Positions 9,491 to 18,051 of a DNA stretch of 64,000 bases are shown one piece after another; the stretch's first letter is position 1, and each line of letters opens with the position of its first letter. The DNA comes from Candidatus Nanoarchaeia archaeon (GTDB lineage Bacteria; Patescibacteriota; Microgenomatia; Woykebacterales; RBG-16-39-9b): positions 6,779 through 70,778 of the forward strand of contig DATBWR010000013.1 in NCBI GenBank assembly GCA_036514715.1, in the 5' to 3' direction. The notes beneath the pieces are model-generated. The model did not search any database. It was given only the letters and a program-made list of their open reading frames with translations, and was not told the origin of the DNA. The position numbers and the translations under genes were made by a program.

Positions 9491-9496
9491 AAAACT

Positions 9497-10711
9497 ATGA
9501 GCAAAATTGAGGGTAGGACGCCTAAGGGTTTTCGTGATTTTCTCGGAACCGAGGCGGCCAACCGGCAAGCAATTACAAATAAACTCTCCCAAACTTTTGA
9601 GCGGTTCGGTTTTGAACCGTTAATTACGCCTGCTTTGGAATATGCCGAAGTCCTCAAAGGCAAATATGGTGAGGAAGAAAAATTAATTTACGAATTTGAG
9701 GACCGCGGTGGTAGGCAAGTTGCTCTGCGTTACGATCAAACTGTTCCACTAGCCCGTGTGATCGCCGCCTACCCAAACCTACCCAAACCCTACAAACGCT
9801 ACCAAATCCAACCGGTGTGGAGAGCTGAAAACCCCCAAAAAGGTCGTTTCCGCGAGTTTGTACAGGCGGATATTGATACTATCGGTACAGCCTCGGCTTT
9901 GGCGGATGCGGAAACTATCGCCTGCACGGTTTCAGCAATGGAAGAACTTGGTTTCAAAAACTTTACCCTCAAGGTTAACGACCGGGAAATTTTTGCTGGG
10001 CTGCCAAATAGTGTCATCAGTGCCATTGATAAACTTCCAAAAATTGGCCGGGACGCTGTTATGCTTTTGCTAAAGAACCAAAATTACAGCGATTTTCAGG
10101 CCGAAGACATTCTTAAAAAAGTTACCGACAGTCCCCCAACTGCAAGAATAAACCAACTTTTTGACCTGCTTGCGAAATTTAAAATTAGCTCAGGTAGATA
10201 CGCTTTTGATCCCTCCCTTGCCCGCGGCTTGGATTATTACACTGGCCTGATTTTTGAACTTGAAGTTGAAGGCTACACTGCAGGATCCGTCGGCGGCGGC
10301 GGTCGCTACGACAAACTAATTGGCCAATTTAGCGAAACACCCCTACCAGCAGTCGGTTTTTCCTTTGGGTTAGATCGCATTATGGAAGCAGCCCAAGAAT
10401 TAAAACTTTTCCCAGCAAGATCAAGTCAAAGCCAAGTTTTAGTAACAATTTTTAGCCAAGATTTGCTTCCCCAATCCCTTGAGACCGCCTCTGCCTTGCG
10501 CAATGAAGGTATTAATACAGAAATCTACTTAGACCCAGAAAGCAAACTGGACAAGCAGCTAAAGTACGCGGACAGTAAAAACATTCCCTACGCTCTTCTG
10601 CTTGGACCCCAAGAACTTGAGAAAAAGGTGGTCACTCTTAAAGACCTTAAGAGCGGCGAACAAAAACAAATCAGACTTGCGCAGGTACGCTCGATAGTAG
10701 AAAATAAGTAA
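9497..10711 (+). CDS. hisS: Histidyl-tRNA synthetase
   Basis: 404 aa with class II motifs (GGGRYD) and HisRS anticodon-binding C-terminus. Confidence 0.85.
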   Translation: MSKIEGRTPKGFRDFLGTEAANRQAITNKLSQTFERFGFEPLITPALEYAEVLKGKYGEEEKLIYEFEDRGGRQVALRYDQTVPLARVIAAYPNLPKPYKRYQIQPVWRAENPQKGRFREFVQADIDTIGTASALADAETIACTVSAMEELGFKNFTLKVNDREIFAGLPNSVISAIDKLPKIGRDAVMLLLKNQNYSDFQAEDILKKVTDSPPTARINQLFDLLAKFKISSGRYAFDPSLARGLDYYTGLIFELEVEGYTAGSVGGGGRYDKLIGQFSETPLPAVGFSFGLDRIMEAAQELKLFPARSSQSQVLVTIFSQDLLPQSLETASALRNEGINTEIYLDPESKLDKQLKYADSKNIPYALLLGPQELEKKVVTLKDLKSGEQKQIRLAQVRSIVENK

Positions 10712-10714
10712 AGT

Positions 10715-12088
10715 ATGCCCGAACCTGCCGGCTCAACAAATTCCGATTTAGAAACCTTCAAAAAAGCCCTTGCCCAGTTTAAAAGCACAGGAAGCGTAGA
10801 TTTTGACGTGGTCTCTTTGGCTAAAGAAAAATTTCTTCCCAGCGTTGGCGTCGCCCCTTCCGAAATCCAGAACATGGGCCCAGTGGCTGTTATGGTTAGA
10901 CTGGAAGAAGAACTTGCAAAAAATTCAGCCCAAGTAACGGCTACCAACGCAAATCTTGCTAACCTGACCACTGAAGTTGAAAACTTAAGCCATAAGATTA
11001 ACGACGAGATAAATGAGGAAATAAAACGCCAACTTTCCCAACACCCTTCTTCCGAAACTGTCCAGCAAGAGTTAGACAAGGTGGTCAATAAAGTTGAACC
11101 CTCTGAAAAGGAGACTCAATCACCTCCCAACTTACCTCAATCACCGCCTCTAACTTCTGAGCAAGTCCACAGTTACAACCTTAACCCCCTGCAAGCTAGT
11201 CTTGAAGCTGCCCTTGCCGACCTAAAGGAGGGTGATAGGGTCAATGACGAATGGAGCTTACGGCGAATTTCTAATACCAGTTTCGGCAATACCCAAACGC
11301 CTTTTTATGAACTACAAAACGCAACTGGGGCAGTCAGGACACTAAACCAAGAGGAGATGAAAGAGTTACTAAAAGCGCAAATTGTCGATCAAAGTCAGTC
11401 TCCCCCAAGTTACGAATCTCTACAGCCAGCCTCCCTACCAAAGGTTGACATCAATCCCCACCCAACCAACCTTTTTGACGAAGAGCTTCCTGAAAAGGAA
11501 TCTACTGATACGCAAAATGAGCAAAAGAAAGATCTGTCAGAGAGCCAAAAGGAGGAGTTAACGCCAAAACAAATCGAATTCTTAAAGAAAATTGCCTCTA
11601 ACAAGAGTCAATGGTCGGCTCTTACCTCTTTCACCCCTGAGCAATGGCAGACTTTCTCGAAGCTTTATTCTCAAGGCAAGTTGGCGCAACTGGGAATTGC
11701 TGCTAGTCCGCTACTTGATCTTTTAAACGACCCAGACTCTACCAAGAACGTTACTATCAAAAAGGGCGACAACATCCAAAACCTCCTTGAGCAAGAGGGG
11801 CTCAAACTTTCCTATACGGCGGACGATGCTTTACTTTTGGGCATCCATCTGCTACTTAACTATCAGTTAATAGAGGGTTCTCATCACAAGATTGAAGAGA
11901 GCGGTATTGCTATTGAACCACTACCTGCAGAAAGCGATCTCCTAAACTTAACAAAAAAAGCTAGGGGTGGGGATCTCCCCGCTCTTAACAGTTTAAAAGA
12001 CTCTTTAACTTTTCTGCCAGTTGAAGGCAATTTCAAAATTATCAAACCGGAAAAGTTTGATCAGCTCCAAAAGTTACTTGCGGAATGA
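10715..12088 (+). CDS. Hypothetical acidic low-complexity protein
   Basis: 457 aa, Ser/Pro/Glu/Gln-rich, no TM segment; tightly packed between hisS and the EamA gene. Confidence 0.5.
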   Translation: MPEPAGSTNSDLETFKKALAQFKSTGSVDFDVVSLAKEKFLPSVGVAPSEIQNMGPVAVMVRLEEELAKNSAQVTATNANLANLTTEVENLSHKINDEINEEIKRQLSQHPSSETVQQELDKVVNKVEPSEKETQSPPNLPQSPPLTSEQVHSYNLNPLQASLEAALADLKEGDRVNDEWSLRRISNTSFGNTQTPFYELQNATGAVRTLNQEEMKELLKAQIVDQSQSPPSYESLQPASLPKVDINPHPTNLFDEELPEKESTDTQNEQKKDLSESQKEELTPKQIEFLKKIASNKSQWSALTSFTPEQWQTFSKLYSQGKLAQLGIAASPLLDLLNDPDSTKNVTIKKGDNIQNLLEQEGLKLSYTADDALLLGIHLLLNYQLIEGSHHKIEESGIAIEPLPAESDLLNLTKKARGGDLPALNSLKDSLTFLPVEGNFKIIKPEKFDQLQKLLAE

Positions 12089-13005
12089 CCAAAAAACTTC
12101 TGCCCATTTTAGCCCTAATCGCAACGGCGGTAATTTGGGGTATTACTGTCCCCTTACTAAAAGTCAACCTTGAAACCCTCCCACCTTTCTCCTTGGCTTT
12201 CATCCGTTTTACCATCGCTACCGTTATAGTAATGGGTTTGTCTGAGCTCTCGGGACTAAAATTAAAGGATTTTCTTCATATCGGCGTATTTGCTTTCTTT
12301 GGTGTCACCCTTCACATTGGACTACTACTCTTGGGTTTACGAGAGACAACAACTATTGATGCTTCATTTGTCTTTTCGCTGGGCCCAGTTATAACCTCTT
12401 TGCTAGCAGTCTTTGCGATCAGAGAAAAAATTAATTTTTCTCACATCTTGGGTATTTGCATAGCTTTCTTGGGAGCTTTTCTTTACGCTTTATATCCCTT
12501 ACTTTTTGGTAGCTTGGAGTTTAGAACCAACTTACTCGGAGACTTACTGGTACTGGCTTCGACTATTTCTGCTAGCATCTATATAGTTGGCTCTAAAAAA
12601 CTTTTCGAAACTTACAAACCCTCAACGATTTCGGCAGTATCTTTCACTGTTGGCGCAATTAGTTTCCTGCCTTTTAGCTTGTGGGAATTTTCAGACCCGA
12701 CTTGGTTAGCAAACGTTAGCTGGTTTAATATAGGTTCCTTAATCTTCTTTGGAATCTTCTCCTCTTTTTTGGCCTACTCAGTCTACGAATGGGCTCTATC
12801 AAAGGTAGCCGTACACATTGATGCTACCATCAGCTATTTGATACCAATAATCTCGATTTTGTTAGCAACAACCTTGTTTAAAGAAAATCTTGAGCCAATT
12901 TTCCCAGTTAGTTTTGTCCTAGTCGCTCTGGGGATATACCTGGTTAGTCGTTTTCACCCACCAACAATGCATGGTCACTATCACCGGCACCATCATAAAG
13001 CATAA
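12085..13005 (+). CDS. EamA/DMT-family transporter
   Basis: 10 predicted TM helices in a duplicated 5+5 pattern, with a His-rich C-terminal tail. Confidence 0.7.
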   Translation: MTKKLLPILALIATAVIWGITVPLLKVNLETLPPFSLAFIRFTIATVIVMGLSELSGLKLKDFLHIGVFAFFGVTLHIGLLLLGLRETTTIDASFVFSLGPVITSLLAVFAIREKINFSHILGICIAFLGAFLYALYPLLFGSLEFRTNLLGDLLVLASTISASIYIVGSKKLFETYKPSTISAVSFTVGAISFLPFSLWEFSDPTWLANVSWFNIGSLIFFGIFSSFLAYSVYEWALSKVAVHIDATISYLIPIISILLATTLFKENLEPIFPVSFVLVALGIYLVSRFHPPTMHGHYHRHHHKA

Positions 13006-13062
13006 TTGGCTTGCTGGAAGCAAAACTTTATGCTAATATACTCACGTTTATATCGACCAAAA

Positions 13063-13104
13063 GGTAGTTTCTGAGAAACTTAAGATTTATTATATTACGG
13101 TCGA
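13063..13104 (+). promoter_or_regulatory. Conserved 5' leader module upstream of rpmE; copy 2 of 3, followed by a 34-nt GC-rich insertion
   Basis: GGTAGTTTCTGAGAAACTTAAGATTTATTATATTACGGTCGA. Upstream promoter TTGCTG-N17-TAATAT at ~13011-13039. Confidence 0.55.
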
Positions 13105-13161
13105 AGATAGCGAAGCTAGCGCAGGGCGCGAAGCGATCTATATTTTGTCTAAGAAGTCAAA

Positions 13162-13563
13162 ATGACCCAAAAGATTGAAACTATAATTGAAAAACCTGAG
13201 GTTGAGGTTCCTGAAACAGAAATTGCACCAGAAGAACAAACCCAGCAACCCAAAGCCAAACAAGCAAAAAGTGAGGCTTTCAAACCCTTGCCGTATTTTG
13301 AAAATGCGACTGTTACTTGTGCTTGCGGTAACACTTTTACTACCGGCTCAACCCGGGAAGAGATTCGCGTAGAGCTTTGCAGTAACTGTCATCCGTTCTT
13401 TACCGGCCAAGAAAAATTTGTTGACACCGAAGGCCGAGTTGAGCGTTTCAAGCGCCTTGTGTCTTCTAAAAAGGCCAGCAGACCCAAAGATAAGTTTGAG
13501 AAAAAAGAAGACGATCGCCCCAAGACTCTCAAAGAAATGCTCCAAGCCCTAGAAAAGCGCTAA
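13162..13563 (+). CDS. rpmE: Ribosomal protein L31 with N-terminal low-complexity extension
   Basis: Contains CxxC...[11 protein letters not shown], the L31 zinc-ribbon signature. Confidence 0.75.
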   Translation: MTQKIETIIEKPEVEVPETEIAPEEQTQQPKAKQAKSEAFKPLPYFENATVTCACGNTFTTGSTREEIRVELCSNCHPFFTGQEKFVDTEGRVERFKRLVSSKKASRPKDKFEKKEDDRPKTLKEMLQALEKR

Positions 13564-13618
13564 TCACTTTCCCACAAACTTTGTTAAAATAAAGTAGGTA
13601 TTAATTTTTACTTTAGCT

Positions 13619-14554
13619 ATGGACTATATTAAGCAGCAAATTGAACAATTAGACCGGCAAATTGCGGAAAATAAAGCCTTACTATCCGATCCTGAGTTAG
13701 CCTCCCTTGCACAGGCGGAGATAAACAGACTCGAAGAAGTGAAACAGGCTTTACTCACCCCAGTTGCATCGCCAGGCGATGAAAAAGACTCAACTGGAAT
13801 CGACACCCACAGCGCTATTGTAGAAGTTCGGGCAGCGGCCGGCGGCGATGAAGCTGGACTTTTTGCTGGCGTCCTCTACCGCATGTACGCTCGCTTTGCC
13901 GATAGTCAGGTCTGGAAAGTCGAGCAACTATCGATTAGCGAAGGTGGTCTTGGTAATATCAAAGAAGTAGTTTTCAGGGTCTCTGGTCTTGGCTCGTACG
14001 GATTGTTAAAGTTTGAATCCGGCGTTCACCGAGTGCAGAGAGTTCCAGAAACTGAAAGTTCCGGTCGAATTCACACGTCTACAGCAACTGTTGCTGTCTT
14101 ACCGGAACTGGAAGACCGTGATTTCCATATCGACGAAAAGGATATAAAAATCGACACTTTTCATGCTTCAGGTCATGGAGGCCAAAGCGTCCAAAAAGTC
14201 GAAACCGCAGTCCGGCTGACTCACCTACCTACGGGAGTTATCGCCACTTGCCAAACCGAAAGATCTCAATTTCAAAACAAGGAAAAAGCTTTGAGCATTT
14301 TGCGGGCCCGTGTTTACGAAGCTTTAGCTTCCGAGCAAAAAGCAGAAGTTGATACTAACCGCCGTCTGCAAGTCGGGACTGGTGACCGAGCTGAAAAAAT
14401 CCGCACTTATAATTACCCACAAGACCGCATCACTGATCACAGAATTGGCAAGAGCTGGCACAACATCGAAAAGATTTTAGACGGTGACCTCTTGCCGATT
14501 TTAACTTCTATCCAACAAGCCGATCAGGAAGATTCGTCCAAAACGTCTGATTAA
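13619..14554 (+). CDS. prfA: Peptide chain release factor 1 (short form)
   Basis: GGQ motif (SGHGGQSVQ) and PxT tripeptide (QRVPETESSGRIHTS) mark it as RF1; 311 aa. Confidence 0.85.
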   Translation: MDYIKQQIEQLDRQIAENKALLSDPELASLAQAEINRLEEVKQALLTPVASPGDEKDSTGIDTHSAIVEVRAAAGGDEAGLFAGVLYRMYARFADSQVWKVEQLSISEGGLGNIKEVVFRVSGLGSYGLLKFESGVHRVQRVPETESSGRIHTSTATVAVLPELEDRDFHIDEKDIKIDTFHASGHGGQSVQKVETAVRLTHLPTGVIATCQTERSQFQNKEKALSILRARVYEALASEQKAEVDTNRRLQVGTGDRAEKIRTYNYPQDRITDHRIGKSWHNIEKILDGDLLPILTSIQQADQEDSSKTSD

Positions 14555-14562
14555 AGCTCCTT

Positions 14563-15288
14563 ATGAGGATTGCTGATGCCTTGAAGCAAATAAACATTGA
14601 CCTAGTGGAAAAGGAGATTTTGCTAGCTGATCTTTTGAAAAAAGACCGCTCTTTTCTCCACTCCCACCCGGAATTTACATTGTCCGAAAGTCAGACTGAA
14701 GAATTTAAATCTCGACTGGAGAGACGAGAGCAAAATGAGCCGGTTGCCTACATTTTAGGTTATCAAGAATTTTACGGCCGGCGTTTTTTAGTTAATAAAG
14801 ACGTCCTCATTCCTCGAGCCGATACTGAAATGTTAGTTCAAGAGGTTTTGGCATTTACTAAAAACAAAAATCTAACCATTGTCGATGTCGGTACCGGCGC
14901 TGGTTGTATCGCCATTACCCTTACAGCCGAAAATCCTAAACTCAAAATCGTTGCTACCGAGATCAGTAGACCAGCTCTCGCGGTTGCTAAAAAGAACGCC
15001 GCTCTCCACAGTGTCACCAAAGCAGTTCAATTCCTTCATGGTTCGCTTCTCGAACCCTTAACTGGCCCCGTTGACGTTATTGTCGCCAACTTGCCTTACA
15101 TCACCACTAGGTCTTTGCATAGGCTGCCAGAGGAAATCAGAGACTGGGAACCACACGTGGCTCTACATTCTGGTGGCAATAGTAAATGGGGTTTTTACGA
15201 AGTGTTATTCGCACAGAGCAAGGAAAAGCTAAAACCGGGAGGTAAAATTTTTTATGAAATTGATGGAAAAGTCCTCACCCAACCTTAG
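14563..15288 (+). CDS. prmC: Release-factor glutamine N5-methyltransferase
   Basis: SAM-binding VDVGTGAGCIA and N/D-PPY-like ANLPYI motif; immediately downstream of prfA. Confidence 0.75.
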   Translation: MRIADALKQINIDLVEKEILLADLLKKDRSFLHSHPEFTLSESQTEEFKSRLERREQNEPVAYILGYQEFYGRRFLVNKDVLIPRADTEMLVQEVLAFTKNKNLTIVDVGTGAGCIAITLTAENPKLKIVATEISRPALAVAKKNAALHSVTKAVQFLHGSLLEPLTGPVDVIVANLPYITTRSLHRLPEEIRDWEPHVALHSGGNSKWGFYEVLFAQSKEKLKPGGKIFYEIDGKVLTQP

Positions 15289-15967
15289 GTGGCTGGTCCA
15301 TGGGAAATGGTTCTGGTGTATAGACATCTTCCTTAGGCTTGCGCTTCTTCCACCAGTACCACAACCCAACGCCAATCAAAATCATTAGTGGGATAAAAAT
15401 AATTAACGGTGAGGGGGCTCCTCGGGCCTTCCTTGCCCGAGCTTTTTCCAAGTTCTCCTGGGTTGCGACCACGTTGTAACTTCCACCCACCACCCCTTCC
15501 AAAGAGTCCTCTGCTTTACCATGAAGCGGGGCATTTGACTCTTTTGTTCCCCCCTTTTCGAAATCAAAGGAAAGTTTTGTTTGCCCACTGTCCAGTACTT
15601 CAAAAATTAGGTTCGCTACCACCACATCTCCAAAAACTTCAACCCCATCTTTGGGTGCTAGAGCAGTTAACTTTAACTTACCACTCTCATCTTGTTTGAT
15701 AGGGTAAGTTCCAAAAAATCCTCCTTCCCTAAGCTCCTTTAACTCTAAATAATCGGCATCATACATCAAGGAAACATCAACCCCATCCACCCGCTCCCCA
15801 TCGCTCTGCAAAACAATCTCAACCTCCAAATCTTTACCTTCCTCAACATTAGAAAAAGGTGGATTTAATATTAATTTACTTGCCCAAACCGAAGAAAATT
15901 TCGGTGCGAGTATTGCGAAACCTAAAATTAGGATTGCTGTTAAGCTAAGTTTAAACTTAAGTCTCAT
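15275..15967 (-). CDS. Membrane-anchored protein with cohesin-like beta-sandwich domain
   Basis: Signal peptide, ~140-aa domain resembling type I cohesin (…VEIVLQSDGERVDGVDVSLMYDADYLEL…), C-terminal TM anchor plus KKRKPK. Confidence 0.4.
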   Translation of the reverse strand: MRLKFKLSLTAILILGFAILAPKFSSVWASKLILNPPFSNVEEGKDLEVEIVLQSDGERVDGVDVSLMYDADYLELKELREGGFFGTYPIKQDESGKLKLTALAPKDGVEVFGDVVVANLIFEVLDSGQTKLSFDFEKGGTKESNAPLHGKAEDSLEGVVGGSYNVVATQENLEKARARKARGAPSPLIIFIPLMILIGVGLWYWWKKRKPKEDVYTPEPFPMDQPPKVG

Positions 15968-15976
15968 TATCTAGCC

Positions 15977-17962
15977 TTACCCTCTTTTACCTAAGTTGGT
16001 TAATAATAAAGAATAATCAACGCTGTTAACAACGCCGTCATAGTTGATATCGTAGAGAGCCTCTTCGTTGCTCATCCCGGCCGGAACCATTCTTTCAAGG
16101 TCAGTTTGATCAATCACGTTATCACCATTAAAGTCGCCCATCACAAAGGCTGCAACTGACGCTTTAGTATCGTTGGTGAAAGTAAAACCTAAAGCCTGCA
16201 TTAAGGAATTTTTCGCCCAAACTTTCAAGACGTAATTGGTGTTCTTTGCCAACTGACTGTTGGTCTTTAAGATTAGCGTCCCACCCTTGCTTTCCACTAT
16301 CGCTTTTTGGGAAAAAGCGGTTTGCTCTACTTTAATCGTCACTTCCATACCACCTTTCAGGAAGGGGTTTGGAGCAAAGGTAAGGGTAATATCGCTACTT
16401 GTGGCTTTCGGCGCAGTTGACCCGGGTGGCGTAACTTTAGGAGCCGAAGATTGCGAACCGCCCGTTCCACCGCTGGTTCCACCAGTCGAACCACCGGTTG
16501 ATCCTCCAGTCGAACCACCGGTTGAGCCCCCAGTCGAACCACCGGTTGAGCCCCCAGTGGAGCCTCCTCCAGAAGAACCGCCGCCGGAGCTAGAAACAGT
16601 ATAACTGGTAGTAGCCTGGTTATTGGAATCATTGCTTTCGGCGATTTGACAGTCAGCATCGACAAAAACCCTCCCCGTGTAAGTACCCGCTGAAGATGGG
16701 GCGGTGAAGCTCAAAGTGAAATTACCGGTTGAAACACCTGCTCCCAAAGAACTAAAGGAACGGGAAGCCTGACCGTTGGGTGTTAGACATGGAACACTTG
16801 AAGGTTGGTTGGAATAAACATCAACCCAAAAAGTCCCAGAAGCAGCTCCACTACCGTTGTTAACAATATTGACAGTGGCAGTTACCGTCTGTCCTGAAGT
16901 TGGGTTTGTAGGCGACAGAGTAAAATTACTAACCGCCAAATCTGGCTGTGATGGCGGAGGTGGGGGTGAGGAGACGTTAACGGTTACTGAGTCAGAAGCA
17001 CTTCCCCCCGAACCGCTACAGGCCAAAGTGTAGGTTCTGCTGGCCGTTAGACTACCGGTAGATTCAGATCCGCTTGTGCCTTTGGTCCCGGACCAACCAT
17101 TAGAAGCTGTACAAGAAGTGGCATTGGTTGAAACCCAAGAAAGAGTCGCACTGGTATTGTAACTAATGGTAATTGGGCCGTTAGAGTTATTAGCTTTAAG
17201 ATCCACTGTTGGTTGGGGAGGAGGCGGAGGTGGTGGGGAAGTCACGTTAACGGTTACCGAATCGGACGCACTCCCCCCTGAGCCGCTACAGGCCAAAGTG
17301 TAGGTTTTTGCCGAGGTGAGATTACTCGTAGATTGTGAACCGCTAGTTGCTTTAGACCCTGTCCAGCCGTTAGAGGCCGTACAACCAGTTGCATTACTCG
17401 AACTCCAGGAAAGAGTCGCACTGGTATTGTAACTAATGGTAATTGGGCCGTTAGAGTTATTAGCTTTAATATCCACTGTGGGTGGGTTACAGTTGGGAGT
17501 GGTAATTGTAGGGGCAGCCGGGTAAGCAAGAGAGCCGCCGTTGGGATCGGAATTAAGATAGGCGTAAATTCTCCACCAGTAAGTGTAGCTGTCTTGCGGA
17601 GTTGCCCCGCCAATTGGGTTGTCCCTGTCCCAAATGAACCATTCTTGGGGAACAGGAAGGTAAAGGTTCCACCAGAGACCATCGTCAGCAAAACTTGAGT
17701 TGACATCAATGTCAATGTAACTACCGTCAGCGTAAGGCGGGTTCCAATCCCAAAAAAAGGTTACGCGCGGATCTCCTTGATAACAACTAGTGGTGTAAAC
17801 ATAAAGGTCAGTGGGTACGGGTGAGGAGGCTTGGGAACGAGTGTCTCTTGAAGTTAGAGCAGCGTATTGAGTAGCAGCAATGGCGGTGAAAAGCAAGACA
17901 GTTAAAACTAGAGAGAACCAGGTTGACCGGCTTAGTTTAATCTTCTTCAAGGAAAAAGACAT
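15977..17962 (-). CDS. Secreted surface protein: two tandem ~88-aa repeats, CARDB-like domain, Gly/Ser/Thr linker, C-terminal dockerin
   Basis: Dockerin duplicated Ca-binding segments GDFNGDNVIDQTD and YDINYDGVVNSVDYSLL; CARDB-like DLAVSNFTLSPTNPTSGQTVTATVNIVNNG; poly-Pro linkers. Confidence 0.6.
   Translation of the reverse strand: MSFSLKKIKLSRSTWFSLVLTVLLFTAIAATQYAALTSRDTRSQASSPVPTDLYVYTTSCYQGDPRVTFFWDWNPPYADGSYIDIDVNSSFADDGLWWNLYLPVPQEWFIWDRDNPIGGATPQDSYTYWWRIYAYLNSDPNGGSLAYPAAPTITTPNCNPPTVDIKANNSNGPITISYNTSATLSWSSSNATGCTASNGWTGSKATSGSQSTSNLTSAKTYTLACSGSGGSASDSVTVNVTSPPPPPPPQPTVDLKANNSNGPITISYNTSATLSWVSTNATSCTASNGWSGTKGTSGSESTGSLTASRTYTLACSGSGGSASDSVTVNVSSPPPPPSQPDLAVSNFTLSPTNPTSGQTVTATVNIVNNGSGAASGTFWVDVYSNQPSSVPCLTPNGQASRSFSSLGAGVSTGNFTLSFTAPSSAGTYTGRVFVDADCQIAESNDSNNQATTSYTVSSSGGGSSGGGSTGGSTGGSTGGSTGGSTGGSTGGSTGGTSGGTGGSQSSAPKVTPPGSTAPKATSSDITLTFAPNPFLKGGMEVTIKVEQTAFSQKAIVESKGGTLILKTNSQLAKNTNYVLKVWAKNSLMQALGFTFTNDTKASVAAFVMGDFNGDNVIDQTDLERMVPAGMSNEEALYDINYDGVVNSVDYSLLLTNLGKRG
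16470..16580. repeat. 12/24-bp coding tandem repeat encoding (GGST)n linker
   Basis: CCAGTCGAACCACCGGTTGAGCCC repeated about four times. Confidence 0.7.
16948..17476. repeat. Two ~264-bp intragenic direct repeats (~85% identical) within 15977..17962
   Basis: Duplicated DNA blocks encoding the two TVDIKANNSNGPITISYNTSATLSW... modules. Confidence 0.7.
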
Positions 17963-18051
17963 TAACTATATGCTAGCAAATAGCAAGTCAAAATTAAACC
18001 CTTCACACTCTTAGGGATTTGCTTTCTTGAGAAGAAAGTGAAAAGTCAAAA

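Noticed and set aside
9406-9663. 85-aa minus-strand ORF
   Set aside because: Overlaps the hisS leader/promoter and hisS N-terminus antisense; no support.
13143-13165. 14-mer CTAAGAAGTCAAAA shared between the rpmE start region and 26136-26150
   Set aside because: An exact 14-mer match is expected several times by chance in 64 kb of AT-rich DNA.
13619-14554. Alternative genetic code (UGA as Gly, code 25) suggested by CPR affinity and the single short RF1
   Set aside because: Housekeeping ORFs are full length under the standard code and several end in TGA (e.g. 26949..27314); nothing suggests recoding.
16470-16580. Possible CRISPR array (regular short direct repeats)
   Set aside because: Repeats are contiguous with no spacers, in-frame within a CDS, and encode a Gly/Ser/Thr linker. 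No cas genes are in the window.
16260-16665. ORFs 16260..16604 (+) and 16357..16665 (-) rich in PPVEPPVEP repeats
   Set aside because: Alternative-frame readings of the (GGST)n coding tandem repeat inside gene 15977..17962.
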